Assembly: GCA_951406725.2 (NCBI GenBank)
Contig: OX597821.1
Span: 44,888,001 to 44,952,000, forward strand
Direction: 5' to 3'
Length of the DNA: 64,000 nucleotides
Source of the DNA: Octopus vulgaris
Taxonomy: Eukaryota
Shown here: positions 51,376 to 63,200 of the stretch, in pieces
How the letters are laid out: each line of letters opens with the position of its first letter
How positions within the stretch are numbered: position 1 is the first letter of the stretch
Translations under genes and position numbers: made by a program
The notes under the pieces: generated by a model
Seen by the model: the letters and a program-made list of their open reading frames with translations, nothing else
Told to the model about the DNA's origin: nothing
Databases searched by the model: none

Positions 51376-52289
51376 CACACAACAACAACAACAAATAAAA
51401 TTATTTCTTTATCACAGAGGATAATTAATCAGCCTGGAGACATTACTCCAATTACTCTTACTTGAAGAATGAAAGACAAAGCTGACTACCATGAACATTG
51501 AGACATCAAATTGATTAATATTAAAGCCTCATGTACTACACTGTACATCTTTATTATCTCTGCTCTCTTAAATGGTGATGTTACATTGATATAAACAGTG
51601 ATCAATAACCTGAGAGATAAATTAAATATTTGTTAAGCTGAGTAATTAGTAATTACAAGATACTGAGTGGTATTTATGTTAACGGGTGATAGACCAGTGT
51701 CAAATAGGTTAAAGTTTTTGTTTGGAGATTAGTGAAATAAAATTGCTAAACTGGATATTGAACCTTGATTGCAACTAAATTTTAACTACATGATTGTTTT
51801 GGAATAACTGACATCATTGTTTGAACATTTAGAGCTTTTGTTTAATTATTGATTAAACCTAGCCAAAGGTAAATAAGGAGAGAAAACTTGCAATGACAGT
51901 TCTTGTTATCATATAGATATCTAAATACCAGTTATTACTGACATTAACTGGTTTCAGTTGGCTGCAACTACCTGACGTACTCTCCAACTCTCCAATCTTA
52001 TTTCATCCTTATCATCCTAGTTCTTTTGACCATTTTGAGGTATGCATATATGTATTATGTATTCGTGTGTGTGTATACACACACACACATACATACACAC
52101 ACACGGAGATAACCCTGCTTGATACTTAGAAAAGGTTTCAGGAGAAACTCCATATGGTGTACTCAGTACAAGCTATGGTCACATAAGAAGTGCAGTGCTA
52201 TCACTTGAAGACTAACAGAGAAAGTAGTCTTTACATGTGGCAGATGTGCAGGTACATTAAACACTGCCCCACTAGACTGATAACAAGTA

Positions 52290-54620
52290 GACCCCCGTAC
52301 CATAACTTCTATGACCAAGAAGACCCCTAAAGAGAGATGGAATGAGTGGACCAGAGTTATATGGACCCCCGAAAACAATGATCGGGTTAAAAAGATGGTC
52401 ACACATGAGGTGGGTGCGAGTACCAAGACCACACTCAAGAACCATATATCTAAGTTTAATAACAAGATATATGTCTAAGAGCAAGGTGGAGACATCAGTG
52501 TCAGTATCACTGGCGATGTGTTTAACATATTTATGGTATGGTGGGATAGGAAACTTAAAGAGAAATTAGCAGAGAACTCCATAAATCTAACCATGTACAC
52601 CTGCTATGCGGATGACATCAACATAGTAGCCAAAGCACCCCTACAAGACAATATTGATGATCCAGAAGCTAACACTATGGACAGCATCCAACTAATAGCT
52701 AACTCCATCCACCAGAGTATAGAAATAATGATAGACTACCCTAGTAAGCACCTTAACTATAGGTTACCCATTTAAGACACAGAACTCTGACTAGAAATGA
52801 AAAATGGTAAGGTCCGGATCCTTCACTCTCAATATGCCAAACCCATGGCCTCTAAGTACCTTGTTCACAAGAATGCGGCTATTGCAGACAACGCCAAGTT
52901 CAACATTCTTATAGCTGACTTGGTGAGAGAGATGAGGAATGTGTCTCACATGTGCGACCCTATGGAATTGGGAAGACACATGTAACACTTCATCCACCAC
53001 TGCAGTTCTCTGGTCACAATCAAAGGGACAGGATTAGAGTGTACAAAGGAATCAGAACTAAGAGGATCTGCCTGCTGTACAGGAATAAATCCTGGAACAG
53101 CACAGAAAGGACCAAGATAGATAAGGCCAACTCTTGGTATGACAGCAAGAGCACACATGAAGACGAAAAGTATCACTGAAGAGGTTACAGATGTGTAATG
53201 AAAGATTTCTGGACAATGGACATGATTTAAAATAAGAACAGAAATAAACGAGTGAAGAACAAATAATAAGAGTGTGTGTTTATTTGGTTAAAAAAAAAAA
53301 ATTACCATCCTGAAATACAACAATATACAGGGGTTGGACAAAATAATGGAAACACCTAGCATCATAGTATCATAGTTGATGCTACCCCTGGCAGCAAACT
53401 AACATACCCTTTTAGGAAAATATTAAGTAAGGCTAATCTACAGATTAAAGTAGTAGAAAGGCCTGGTACTCCTACAAAATCCCTGATCTGTAGAACCTAT
53501 GCCTTTGATAAGTCTCTATGAATGGAGAACAATTGTGTTGAATGTAGGATGAACCTATGGGTTAACTGTAAAGTTAGGAATATAGTGTATAGCTTACAAT
53601 GTAGTGAGGGATGGTGCAGAAACATGACAACTACCTACATTGCAGAGACTGCATGCAGCATAGGAGTGAAGACTGGCGAGAGCTCAAAGAAGAGAAAGGC
53701 TCATCAGTGCCCCAGCAACATGCTCAGGCAGAACATGGAAGATCAGTTAATAGCATAGAGGTTGAAGTATTTTCGATACATAGAACTGACATGACACTAT
53801 GACAGCTCACAGAAGCTACACACATAGAAGTGGAGAGAAAACATGAATGGAACACCACACGACTAAAGACAGAAGGAAGGAGAAGTGAGAGGTAAAGAAG
53901 ATAATAAATAAAACATAGATACAAACAGGGTAATACACACACAATAGACATATATGAAAATACCTGTAATACATTATATTAGAAATAGAGATCGATAAAT
54001 ATATAAAAATAAATAAATATATTTGTTACATTCCTATGACAAATATAAGAAATAGAGATATATAATAAATAAATAAATATAAAGGGTATGAACACAAAAA
54101 ACATAAGAAGCGAATTCATATACATACACACAAACACACACACAAAATAACTTCACAGATGGCTGCAATAATATCAACAACATGACTAACAATGACAACA
54201 GCAGCGACGTGACAACGATGGCTATAACAACAACAACTACCATGATGACAATATCATGGATGAACACAGAGATACAGGAAGTGTAGCAAATTTTCAGGTC
54301 CTAGGACAGCAGCAGCACAATGGGGTGAGAGGATGGGGCTGAGAGGAAAGCCATACTGCTGCCAAGAACAAGGACACACACACATGTGCACACACATACA
54401 CACACAAACACGGATGCAAATGCATGCGCACTTAAAGATACACATCATAGAAGTGCAGAATGGAGGAAGAGCACACACGAAGACGGAAAGTGTCAGTGAA
54501 GAGGTTACAGATGTGTGATAAAAGATTTCCGGACAATGGACATGAGTTAAAATATGAACAGTAATAAACGAATGAAGAACAAATAATAAGAGTGTGTGTT
54601 TATTTGGTTAAAAAAAAAAA
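52290..54620 (+). mobile_element. Degenerate Penelope-like element (RT C-terminal half, GIY-YIG endonuclease and terminal repeat)
   Basis: CYADDINIV (RT YxDD), ANSIHQSIEIMIDYPSKH..RLPI, YAKPMASKYLVHKNAA (PLE thumb), DATPGSKL..IKVVERPG and CKVRNIVYSLQC...C....YIAET..S (GIY-YIG with Cys/His motif, later HAQAEH). Hammerhead-like motif in the terminal repeat. Confidence 0.85.
53147..53374 (+). repeat. ~228 bp direct repeat of 54467-54694, inserted within the PLE ORF
   Basis: 'aagagcacaca.gaagacg.aaagt.tca.tgaagaggttacagatgtgt...atacaggggttggacaaaataatgga.acacctagcatcatag' occurs twice, 1320 bp apart. Confidence 0.92.
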
Positions 54621-54764
54621 ATTACCATCCTGAAATACAACAATATACAGGGGTTGGACAAAATAATGGATACACCTAGCATCATAGCATCATAATTTTG
54701 AAATATCTATAAAACTGTCAAAAGCATGTTTATTTTTATGTTTTTTATTTATTATTAGTGTTAC

Positions 54765-55160
54765 TCTTTTACTCTTTTACTTGTTTCAGTCATTTGACTG
54801 CGGCCATGCTGGAGCACCGCCTTTAGTCGAGCAAATCGACCCTGGGACTTATTCTTTGTAAGCCCAGTACTTATTCTATCAGTCTCTTTTTGCCAAACCG
54901 CTAAGTGACGGGGATGTAAGCACACCAGCATCGGCTGTCAAGCAATGCTAGGGGTACAAACACAGACACACAAACACACACACATACATATATATATAAA
55001 CACATATATACGACAGGCTTCTTTCAGTTTCTGTCTACCAAATCCACTCACAAGGCATTGGTCGGCCCGGGGCTATAGCAGAAGACACTTGCCCAAGATG
55101 CCACGCAGTGGGACTGAACCCGGAACCATGTGGTTGGTTAGCAAGCTACTTACCACACAG
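54765..55160 (-). mobile_element. Young tRNA-derived SINE inserted in a Tc1-like end fragment
   Basis: CpG-rich copy of the 37203 family. The flanks 'ttattagtg' and 'cttaatgttttgc' continue a sequence beginning with the TIR-like 'tacaggggttggacaaaataatgga' at ~54646. Confidence 0.8.
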
Positions 55161-55374
55161 TGCTTAATGTTTTGCTAAAACTGCTGTTTCTTTTCAGATA
55201 TCATCAGAACAAAGTAATTAATATACCCATTTGCATCGATGAGAAGCTAATATCTTTTCATTATTTCAATAAAGCTTCTTACCACACAGCTACACCTGTG
55301 CCTATATCTATATAAATGTTACATGAATGATAACGTTTTGAAATGAAAAGTTTAATATCTAATTTCATATTCTT

Positions 55375-55599
55375 TTAGTCCTTTATTTGTTTCAGACATT
55401 TGACTGCAGCCATGCTGGAGCAACACCTTTATTTGAACAAATCAACCCCAGGACTTCTTCTTTGTGAGCCTAGTACTTATTCTATCAGTCTGTTTTGCTG
55501 AACCGCTAAGTTATGAGGAAGTAAACACACCAACATCAGTTGTCAAGCAATGGTGGAGGGACAAACACAGACACACAAATACATATTATACACACAAAT

Positions 55600-55636
<37 letters not shown>

Positions 55637-55800
55637 CGACGGGCTTCTTTCAGTTTCTATCTATTAAATCCACTCACAAGACTTTGGTCAGCCCAAAGCT
55701 ATTGTAGAAGACACTTGCCCAAGGTGCCACGCAGTAGGACTGAACCTGGAACCATGTGGTTGGTAAGCAAGCTACTTACCACACAGCCACTCCTGCGCCT
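55375..55800 (-). mobile_element. tRNA-derived SINE
   Basis: Same family, ending 'ttaccacacagccactcctgcgcct'. Confidence 0.85.
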
Positions 55801-56418
55801 GTGTATATAAGTGATAAATATAATTTGATAAAAATTTGCAGTTTATTTTGATTAGAATGCTAGCATCATCAGTACAAAACCTTTTACTGCAGTTTGCCTG
55901 CAACTCAATCTCACTCTATTTGTTGTTTTAGTTTCCCTGTATCAGTGTGACCAATGGGACACACATTGCATTTTATTATATCTAAGATATTCATTGGGTT
56001 GAAACTATAATGATATCTGTTCAGTAGCTGAAGATGGAATGTATGTTTCATGTGCTTGCTCTTAGGGTTTTTCTTAATTTCTTTTTTTCTTTTTTTGTGT
56101 ATGCATCATTGTCAGTGAACCTTTTGTATCGTGGTTCTAAACAGTCCTTCATTGAAATTCTAGTTATTGTAATTCTAGTAATTTAAGGTTAAATTTGTTT
56201 AAAGAGATCTTGATTTCTTAGTTTATGGTAGTTTTGTTGTTTATATTATTCCATACATCAATATTGTGTAATGGCCCTTCATTAGGAATCTAATTCTGGT
56301 TTAAGGGTTATACTTGTTTAGGGGTTTCTAATTTATGGTGGCTTTGTTGCATATCTATTTATCTATTTACACACACACACACACTACCTGACAAAGTAAG
56401 ATATGAAAGCAAAGTTAC

Positions 56419-56653
56419 CATTTTCTCGTTGCTTAATGTCAGCTGCTTTTTTCTCTTCAGCTATTTTCTTTGCAAGATTTATTTCAGCTACTTTCTGATA
56501 GATGTCTTTAATTTCATTTGGAGTAATTCCTGGGCTTTTGCTAGAGATTCTTGATGTGTACTTTGGGTTACATATTAGACTGAAATCATCTTCAGAATAC
56601 TGGAACGCAGGGGGAAATAGTTCTTGAACCCAATGTTTTTGTGAAGACTCCAT
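56419..56653 (-). CDS. CCDC160: CCDC160-like protein, first coding exon (exon extends to 56688 as 5' UTR)
   Basis: Acceptor 'tttattttacag|' at 56689/56688, ATG at 56653, donor 'gaa aat g|gtaact' at 56419/56418 (phase 1). MESSQKHWVQELFPPAF resembles my recollection of the CCDC160 N-terminal 'KHW.E..F.P.F' motif, and 'IKDIYQ' resembles 'MEEIYN'. Confidence 0.7.
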
Positions 56654-57247
56654 AATGTTGCAATGGATACACTTTCACACACTCAAACCTGTAAAATAAA
56701 TAAACATTAATGTTTTTCAAACAATTCTGGTATTTTTTTAACAGCATGGTAATTAGAAAGATATAAAGTTTTAGTGATGCTTAATCATTTTTCACAGATA
56801 TCTTTTAGCAAAGTTTACTTTGTATTGCTATGGAAATGGAAGACATGTGACTACATCTAATCAGGCAATATTGCTTATTGAAGAGTCTAACCTTTATTAG
56901 TTTTGCAGTGTGTCTATATATAAGATACTTTACCCTCAATCTATGTGTAAAGCTTAATTTGTCAGAAACATTTGGAGTTTGTCTCTGTTTCTTGCTCAGT
57001 CAGAAAACAGTATTATTTAACCTTAATATTTTTGCCTAATCACCACATTTAACTTTATTGTGGTTATTTCAGAATGTTGACAATATTGAAAATAATCAAA
57101 GCTATCTTTGTGTTGCTTTATTCCCAATACTTCAGTTTACTTAACTGTAAACAAGATGGTAGAACTCACTGCTGAATGTGTCAGGAATACTTGTCTTAGA
57201 TCTTCAACATGACGATCAAATCTCTAAACAGTCTTTCAATGATACAA

Positions 57248-58340
57248 TACAAGAATGGGCTGAAAAGTTCATAGACTGACTATGAAGGAGTGACATCAGA
57301 GCTGTGAAATCTCACATGCATTAATTTCAACCCTTCTTATTAATAACTATACTGTTTCTTTCCAGCTAAACTGACAACTGACTGTTCAAATAAGACTTCA
57401 AAAGTAACTGGTGACTTCTCTTGAAAATCAACAAAATTTGACATTATGGTGTTATCAAGTACCTGCAGAAAAAGGTTTAGGCTCCAAGGATATTCATGTT
57501 GACATGGTTGTTACATTAGGGGGTGATGCGCCAGCTTTATCAACAGTGCAAAAGTGGGCAGCTGAATATAGGAGGGGAAGGGAGAGTTTTAAAGATGACC
57601 CAAGTTCTGGATGTCCTGCAACTGCCACCACTGAGGAAAACATTGATCATGTTCACTACATGATAATGGATGACAGGTGACTTACTTGACATGATGAAGG
57701 TTTCTGCTTGGTGAGTGCCACATCTGAGACCTTGTCAAAAGCACACCAGGCTGATCATATGGAAAAATCTGACATTCTTTCAGGCAGATCAAGCTGGTTC
57801 CCTTTCATCTACAAGGAAGGTGATGGCCTCAGTTTTTTAGGTTGCAAAAGGTATTGTGCTTATTGGCTATCTTCAAAAGGGTCATGAAATCAATGCCAAC
57901 TTGCTGAGGTAGCTATGAAAGGCTATCAAGTCAAAGCACCCAGGAAAACTGATGAAAAGGGTCTTGTTTTATTTGCATAATACTCTAGCACACAACTCCC
58001 TAGTTTCAATGGCTGCTGTGCATGACTGTGGCTTTGAATTGGTTGATCATCCACCCTATTCTTCTCATATGGTCCCATCTGAATATCATCTGTTCCCCAA
58101 CATGAATAAACACTTGGCTGAGAATCAGTAATGCAGAAATGATGATGATCTACTGCTGATTACTTTTATGACTAACAGGATAAAATAAAAATTCTTCACC
58201 AATAGTATCAAAGCACTGCAACACCAATAGAAAAAGTGTATGAGTCACAAGGGAAACTACATTGAGAAATAAACCTCATAAGGTCACATTCCATGTGGGT
58301 ATCTTGGTAAGCCTATGAGCTTTTCAGTTGACCCACATAA
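57248..58340 (+). mobile_element. Degenerate mariner transposon with both TIRs
   Basis: TVQKWAAEYRRGRESFKDDPSSG.P.TATTEENI and HPPYS..MVPSEYHLFP motifs. TIRs 'gctgaaaagttcatag.ct' (~57259) and 'agcctatgagctttttcagt' (~58310). Confidence 0.85.
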
Positions 58341-59514
58341 GCTATGGCACTCACTCACACACACCCACACTTAAATTCAGTGATAGAAGGTCCATAATCC
58401 TTGTAGAAGTCCATAATCCTTGTAGGCTCCCTTTTTGTAAAAATCAAATTTTGTAAATAAAGTTAAATTTGTTTCAATCATAACCAGGAAGAGAGTCTGA
58501 AACTACTTTTAAAATCATTCATTTTAACATTATTTTTTGTTCTTTTGGTTTGAACTTTCAAATTAATAAAATTTTGATGACATTTTTCTCTTAAGTACAA
58601 GTCAAAGGAGGAGACATCAATATAACATACTGATTTCAAATTTTGGCACAATGCCAGCAATTTCGGGGGTGGTGGTAAATCGATTATATTGATTCCAGTG
58701 CTCAGTTGGCATTTATTTTATCAACCCCAAAAGGATGAAAGACAGGTGGGTGATTGTAATTACATATTAAAATTTTTAATTTTCAATTCAACTCAATAAA
58801 GTTTCAATATATTACAGAACTTTGATTTTAATTTAAATTTCAAAATGTGATTCTTTCTATTTTAAATTTTGGACTTGGTAAACATTTCTGTTTCGTCAAG
58901 TCAAAAATTTCCAACATTTTTAGCATAAATTTACATCAAGCATTTTGTAAATATATTCTTGTCACGGAGAAACTGTTGAAATCATTTGGACTATCACATA
59001 ACAACTATTGAAACTCTAATTGCATGGTATATTTCACATGCTAGAAGACTGAATTGTATAATGAATTATCACTGAATGTACTACTACAACACACAGCTGA
59101 ATTAGAGCAGAAATAGAGAAAGAATAATATAGGACAGCCCACACACTTCCACACTCTCCCCACAAAGCTTATCTGGTAAAGGAAATAAATCATTCGAAAC
59201 AGTGTGGGAACAGATGTATTCTCAAATAAAGTACATTTTTGTTTCTAGTTGTCTTGTTTTGTTCATATAACTAGAATCAAATTTATAATCTGAATTTCTA
59301 AGGTTTTATATAAATCAGTAATTGTAAAGCTGTGAAGTGTTATTGACCCAGACAATACACATGTTACTGGCAATGATAGGGAATTCAACCAAACTATTGA
59401 ACAAAATTTCTTCTGGAACAGGCAACCTTGGAGTTGATCTCTCACTAAGATGGGATCAATAACTTTTCAAACCAGCATGGAAAGAAAGAACTTTACAACC
59501 AGATTGGAAATCTC

Positions 59515-59883
59515 TATGAATGCCAGACCACACATCACAAAAATGACATTGGCAAAACTACAGGAGTTGGAGTTGGAAGTTCTCCATCATCCACCATACT
59601 CACCTGATCTTGTCCCCACTGACTACCACTTCTTCCAGAATTTTGATAACTCTTTGATAGGAAAAGATTTAATTCTGACGATGCTGTAAAACAGGCCTTC
59701 CAATATTTTATTGACTCTAGATTGCTGGGCTTTTACAGTTCCGGGCTGGACAAGCTACCATTGAAATGGCAAAAGTGTATTGACAATATGGGTGCATACT
59801 TTGATGAATAAAATTATTCCTTGTATTTATAAAACATTAGCAACCTTTTTTTCTTTTTTACAAATTTCATACTTGACGACCTA

Positions 59884-59886
<3 letters not shown>
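59515..59886 (+). mobile_element. Mariner transposase 3' fragment
   Basis: NARPH...LEVLHHPPYSPDLVPTDYHFF...KWQKCIDNMGAYFDE*, ending 'gacgacctaata' and followed by (GATA)n. Confidence 0.85.
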
Positions 59887-59970
<84 letters not shown>

Positions 59971-59973
59971 GAC

Positions 59974-60029
<56 letters not shown>

Positions 60030-60619
60030 CATGTGTGCTAGTTTTTTGTAGAGTTGTGTCAAAGAACTGATCAAAAGTGGCTGTAGTAATACACCAAAGT
60101 TACCACATACAATACAGTCAACTAATGTAAGACAAGACAATATACAAATTGGAAACCAGAATTGTATATGAAATATACAAACAAATCAGAATGAAAGAAA
60201 CTGATGTGTAATCAGGAAGCAAAAATAGAAAATATATACATGCCAACCAATTACAACATTTTTGTTGGTTCCTTAAAACATCTGTTCTAAGACAACGTTT
60301 ACATCATAAACAATATATGAACATGGCTTAAATATGCTAAAATATTGCAAAACACCAATAATTTTTTTGTGTTTTTTGACATATGTTACACCTTGTTGTT
60401 GGTGGTGTTTATTAATATTGCCCAAACAGCAGTTTGCTAAAAAACAGAAGTGACATGTGGGACAAAATTGATAAAATCCAGGCTGTTGTTCAGTGCTGAA
60501 TCATTCTTGGCTAAGCAGATATGGTCATAAACATTCAAACAATGACCGTCCCGAAGATCTAGTTATGTAGAGGGAAGTCATTTCAATTTGCTACAGTATT
60601 TAATCAAAAGTCATCAATC

Positions 60620-61565
60620 AGACACCGATCATTCTTGATTTTGGCTAGTTCTTCTTCTGTAAGTGAAAAATTAATTGATGCAGTTGCAAGAAATTGGATT
60701 TCTGATCCAATCGTAGTTTTGGATTTCAATATTTAGAAAATAATAATAAAGTTTTTCTCTAAGCAATGTTAAATGGTGAACAAGTAATGAGCCGATCTCA
60801 CATTTTAGCTCACACTCACAAGTTTTGGAAAACATTTCAAAATTTTCTTCTTTTACTTTGTGTTTCCAAATTGTTATCTTGTCTCTCATAGCACAAATTT
60901 TATCAACTGATGTTAAGATATTTTCTGCTTTTCCCTGCATACCTGTGTTAACTTTATTCAAATATTCAAATACATCCGAAAGATATGCTGATTTGGTACA
61001 CCAAAGTTTGTCTTGAATCAGATCATGAAATTCATTCTGTTGATTTTCTTCAAAAGGTTTAAGCAGCGAGCTGGCAGATATGTTAGCATGCCAGGCGAAA
61101 TGCTTAGCAGGATTTCATCTGCCGCTACATTCTGAGTTCAAATTCTGCCGAGGTCGACTTTGCCTTTCACCCTTTCAGGGTCGATTAAATAAGTACCAGT
61201 TACATACTGGGTCGATATAATCGACTTAATCCGTTTGTCTGTCCTTGTTTGTCCTCTGTGTTTAGCCCCTTGTGGGTAGTAAAGAAATAGGTTTAAGCAT
61301 CATTTCTCTCAATTCGTATAAATGACAAAGCACATGACATTTTGAAAGCCAACAAACTTCTGCTAGTAGTAGAAGTTTCTTGAAATTTGCTCCCATTTCT
61401 GCACAAATATGAGCAAATAATCTTGAATGAGAGGTCTACGTTTGATGTAATTGACCATTTGAACCACTTTGTTTATAACTCTTCATAAATCATCTCCAAC
61501 AGTTGGAGCAATTAGTGCTTTGCGATGCAAAAAACAATGAGTAATTATAATATTTGTATTCTCTT
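60620..61565 (-). mobile_element. hAT (Buster/ZBED5-like) transposase fragment interrupted by a SINE
   Basis: The minus strand gives THCFLHRKAL (~61514-61542), VVQMVNYIK, AYLSDVFEYLNKVNTGMQG and DWIRNP. Confidence 0.8.
61066..61288 (+). mobile_element. SINE with target-site duplication
   Basis: 'gcgagctggcaga...gagttcaaattctgccgaggtcgactttgcc...' flanked by 'aggtttaagca' at 61055-61065 and 61289-61299. Confidence 0.85.
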
Positions 61566-61774
61566 TTTTTTTTGCTAAAGGTTAGATTTACATTTTGCAT
61601 CAAAGCCTAAACAATTTTACAAGCATGGCATTTATAAGCTTGTTGACAGAATGAAGTTCTAGAAAGCAATGGAAATAATGTTAACGAATAAATATCGTCT
61701 TAATCACGGGCTTTTTCATTTTTAATAGAGACCTTAAAATTGGCCATTACCTTTGCACCAACCTGATATATATG

Positions 61775-61964
61775 TGTCGGTGGCACATAAAATCACCCAC
61801 TACACTCTCGGAGTGGTTGGCGTTAGGAAGGGCATCCAGCTGTAGAAACACTGCCAGATCTGACTGGCCTGGTGCAGCCTTCGGGCTCCCCAGACCCCAG
61901 TTGAACCGTCCAACCCATGCTAGCATGGAAAGCGGACGTTAAACGATGATGATGATGATGATGA

Positions 61965-61967
<3 letters not shown>
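61775..61967 (+). mobile_element. RTE-type 3' tail fragment
   Basis: 'cacccactacactctcggagtggttggcgttaggaagggcatccagc...ggaaagcggacgttaaacgatgatgat'. Confidence 0.8.
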
Positions 61968-62003
<36 letters not shown>

Positions 62004-62046
62004 ATATATATATATATATACACATACACACACACATATTTATATA

Positions 62047-62246
62047 TAAGAAAATGAGATGACAGGATAAATTACTATCTTATGAGCTTCATTAGCTTAC
62101 AGCTGATTTTGCTATAAAATGCAGTGGATTCATTGTTGAGTGCCTGAGTAACACCTATGAGTCCACTGCATCTTATAGCAGAAACAACTGTAAGCTAATG
62201 ATGCTCAAAAAATATTCGCTTATTCTTTTGTCATCTTATTTTCTTA
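62047..62246. repeat. ~200 bp fold-back element
   Basis: 'taagaaaatgagatgaca...gagcttcattagcttacagctgattttgctataaaatgcagtggattcat' is mirrored by 'atgagtccactgcatcttatagcagaaacaactgtaagctaatgatgctc...tgtcatcttattttctta', with a ~20 nt loop. Confidence 0.9.
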
Positions 62247-62879
62247 TTACCACTCTGTACTTGTCCAATGCTTTGTTCTGAAGACTGTGTACATTGAGTT
62301 CTACACAAGGTTATTAGTATTGCAATATACATATATATATATAATCATTTGACATCTACTTTTCTACGTTTGCATGAGTCAGAATTTGTTGGAGCAAATT
62401 TTCTATGGCTAGATGCCCTTCTTATCAAACACTCTTACCTGTTTCCAAGCAAGGTAATATTTTTCCATGCCTAAACATGTTTTTTGCAAAAGACTGGAAG
62501 CAAACAACATTGTCTGTATGATGATGATGATGATGATGATGATGCTTATTCAACCCATCATGTGATGTCTAGACAGAGGTACACACAAACACTTATCACA
62601 CACATATATATGATGTGTTTCTTTCATTTTCTATCTGTCAAATCCACTCACATGGCTTTGATTGCCCTGGGACTATAAAAAGCACCTGCCCAAGATACTG
62701 CACAGTGGGACTGAACCCAAGACCACATGGATGGAAAGCAACACTTAAGCATACAGTTATGCTCCGTAAATGTGAAGTTCAAAGGAAAACGACAACTCTG
62801 TTTCGACCAAGAAAATTAAAACAACTAGTGTCCATAATAGTGGAAAGAACAAAAAGAAGAGGACACACAGTAACTGGTA

Positions 62880-63200
62880 CTCCATCAATTGTGGAAATGA
62901 TGGTTCCAGTTGATCCATTCAATGGAACAGCCTGCTTGTGAAATTAATGTGCAAGTGGTTGAGCACTCCACAGACATGCATACCGAACATAAATTTTTAG
63001 TGAGATTCAGTGAGACACAGAATGTGACAAGACCAAGCCGTTGAAATACAGGTGTAACTCATTTTTGCCTGCTGAGTGGACTGAAGCAACATGAAACAAA
63101 GTATCTTGATCAAGAGACACAACAAGCTGCCAGAAACTGAACTCACAACCTTACGACTGTGAGCCAAATACCCCTAACCACTAAGCCACATACCTTCATG
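62880..63200 (-). mobile_element. tRNA-derived SINE (head related to the 24388 copy)
   Basis: 'gctgagtggactg.agcaacatgaaa..aagt.tcttg.tcaagagacacaac...actcacaaccttacga...ctaaccactaagccac'. Confidence 0.75.
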
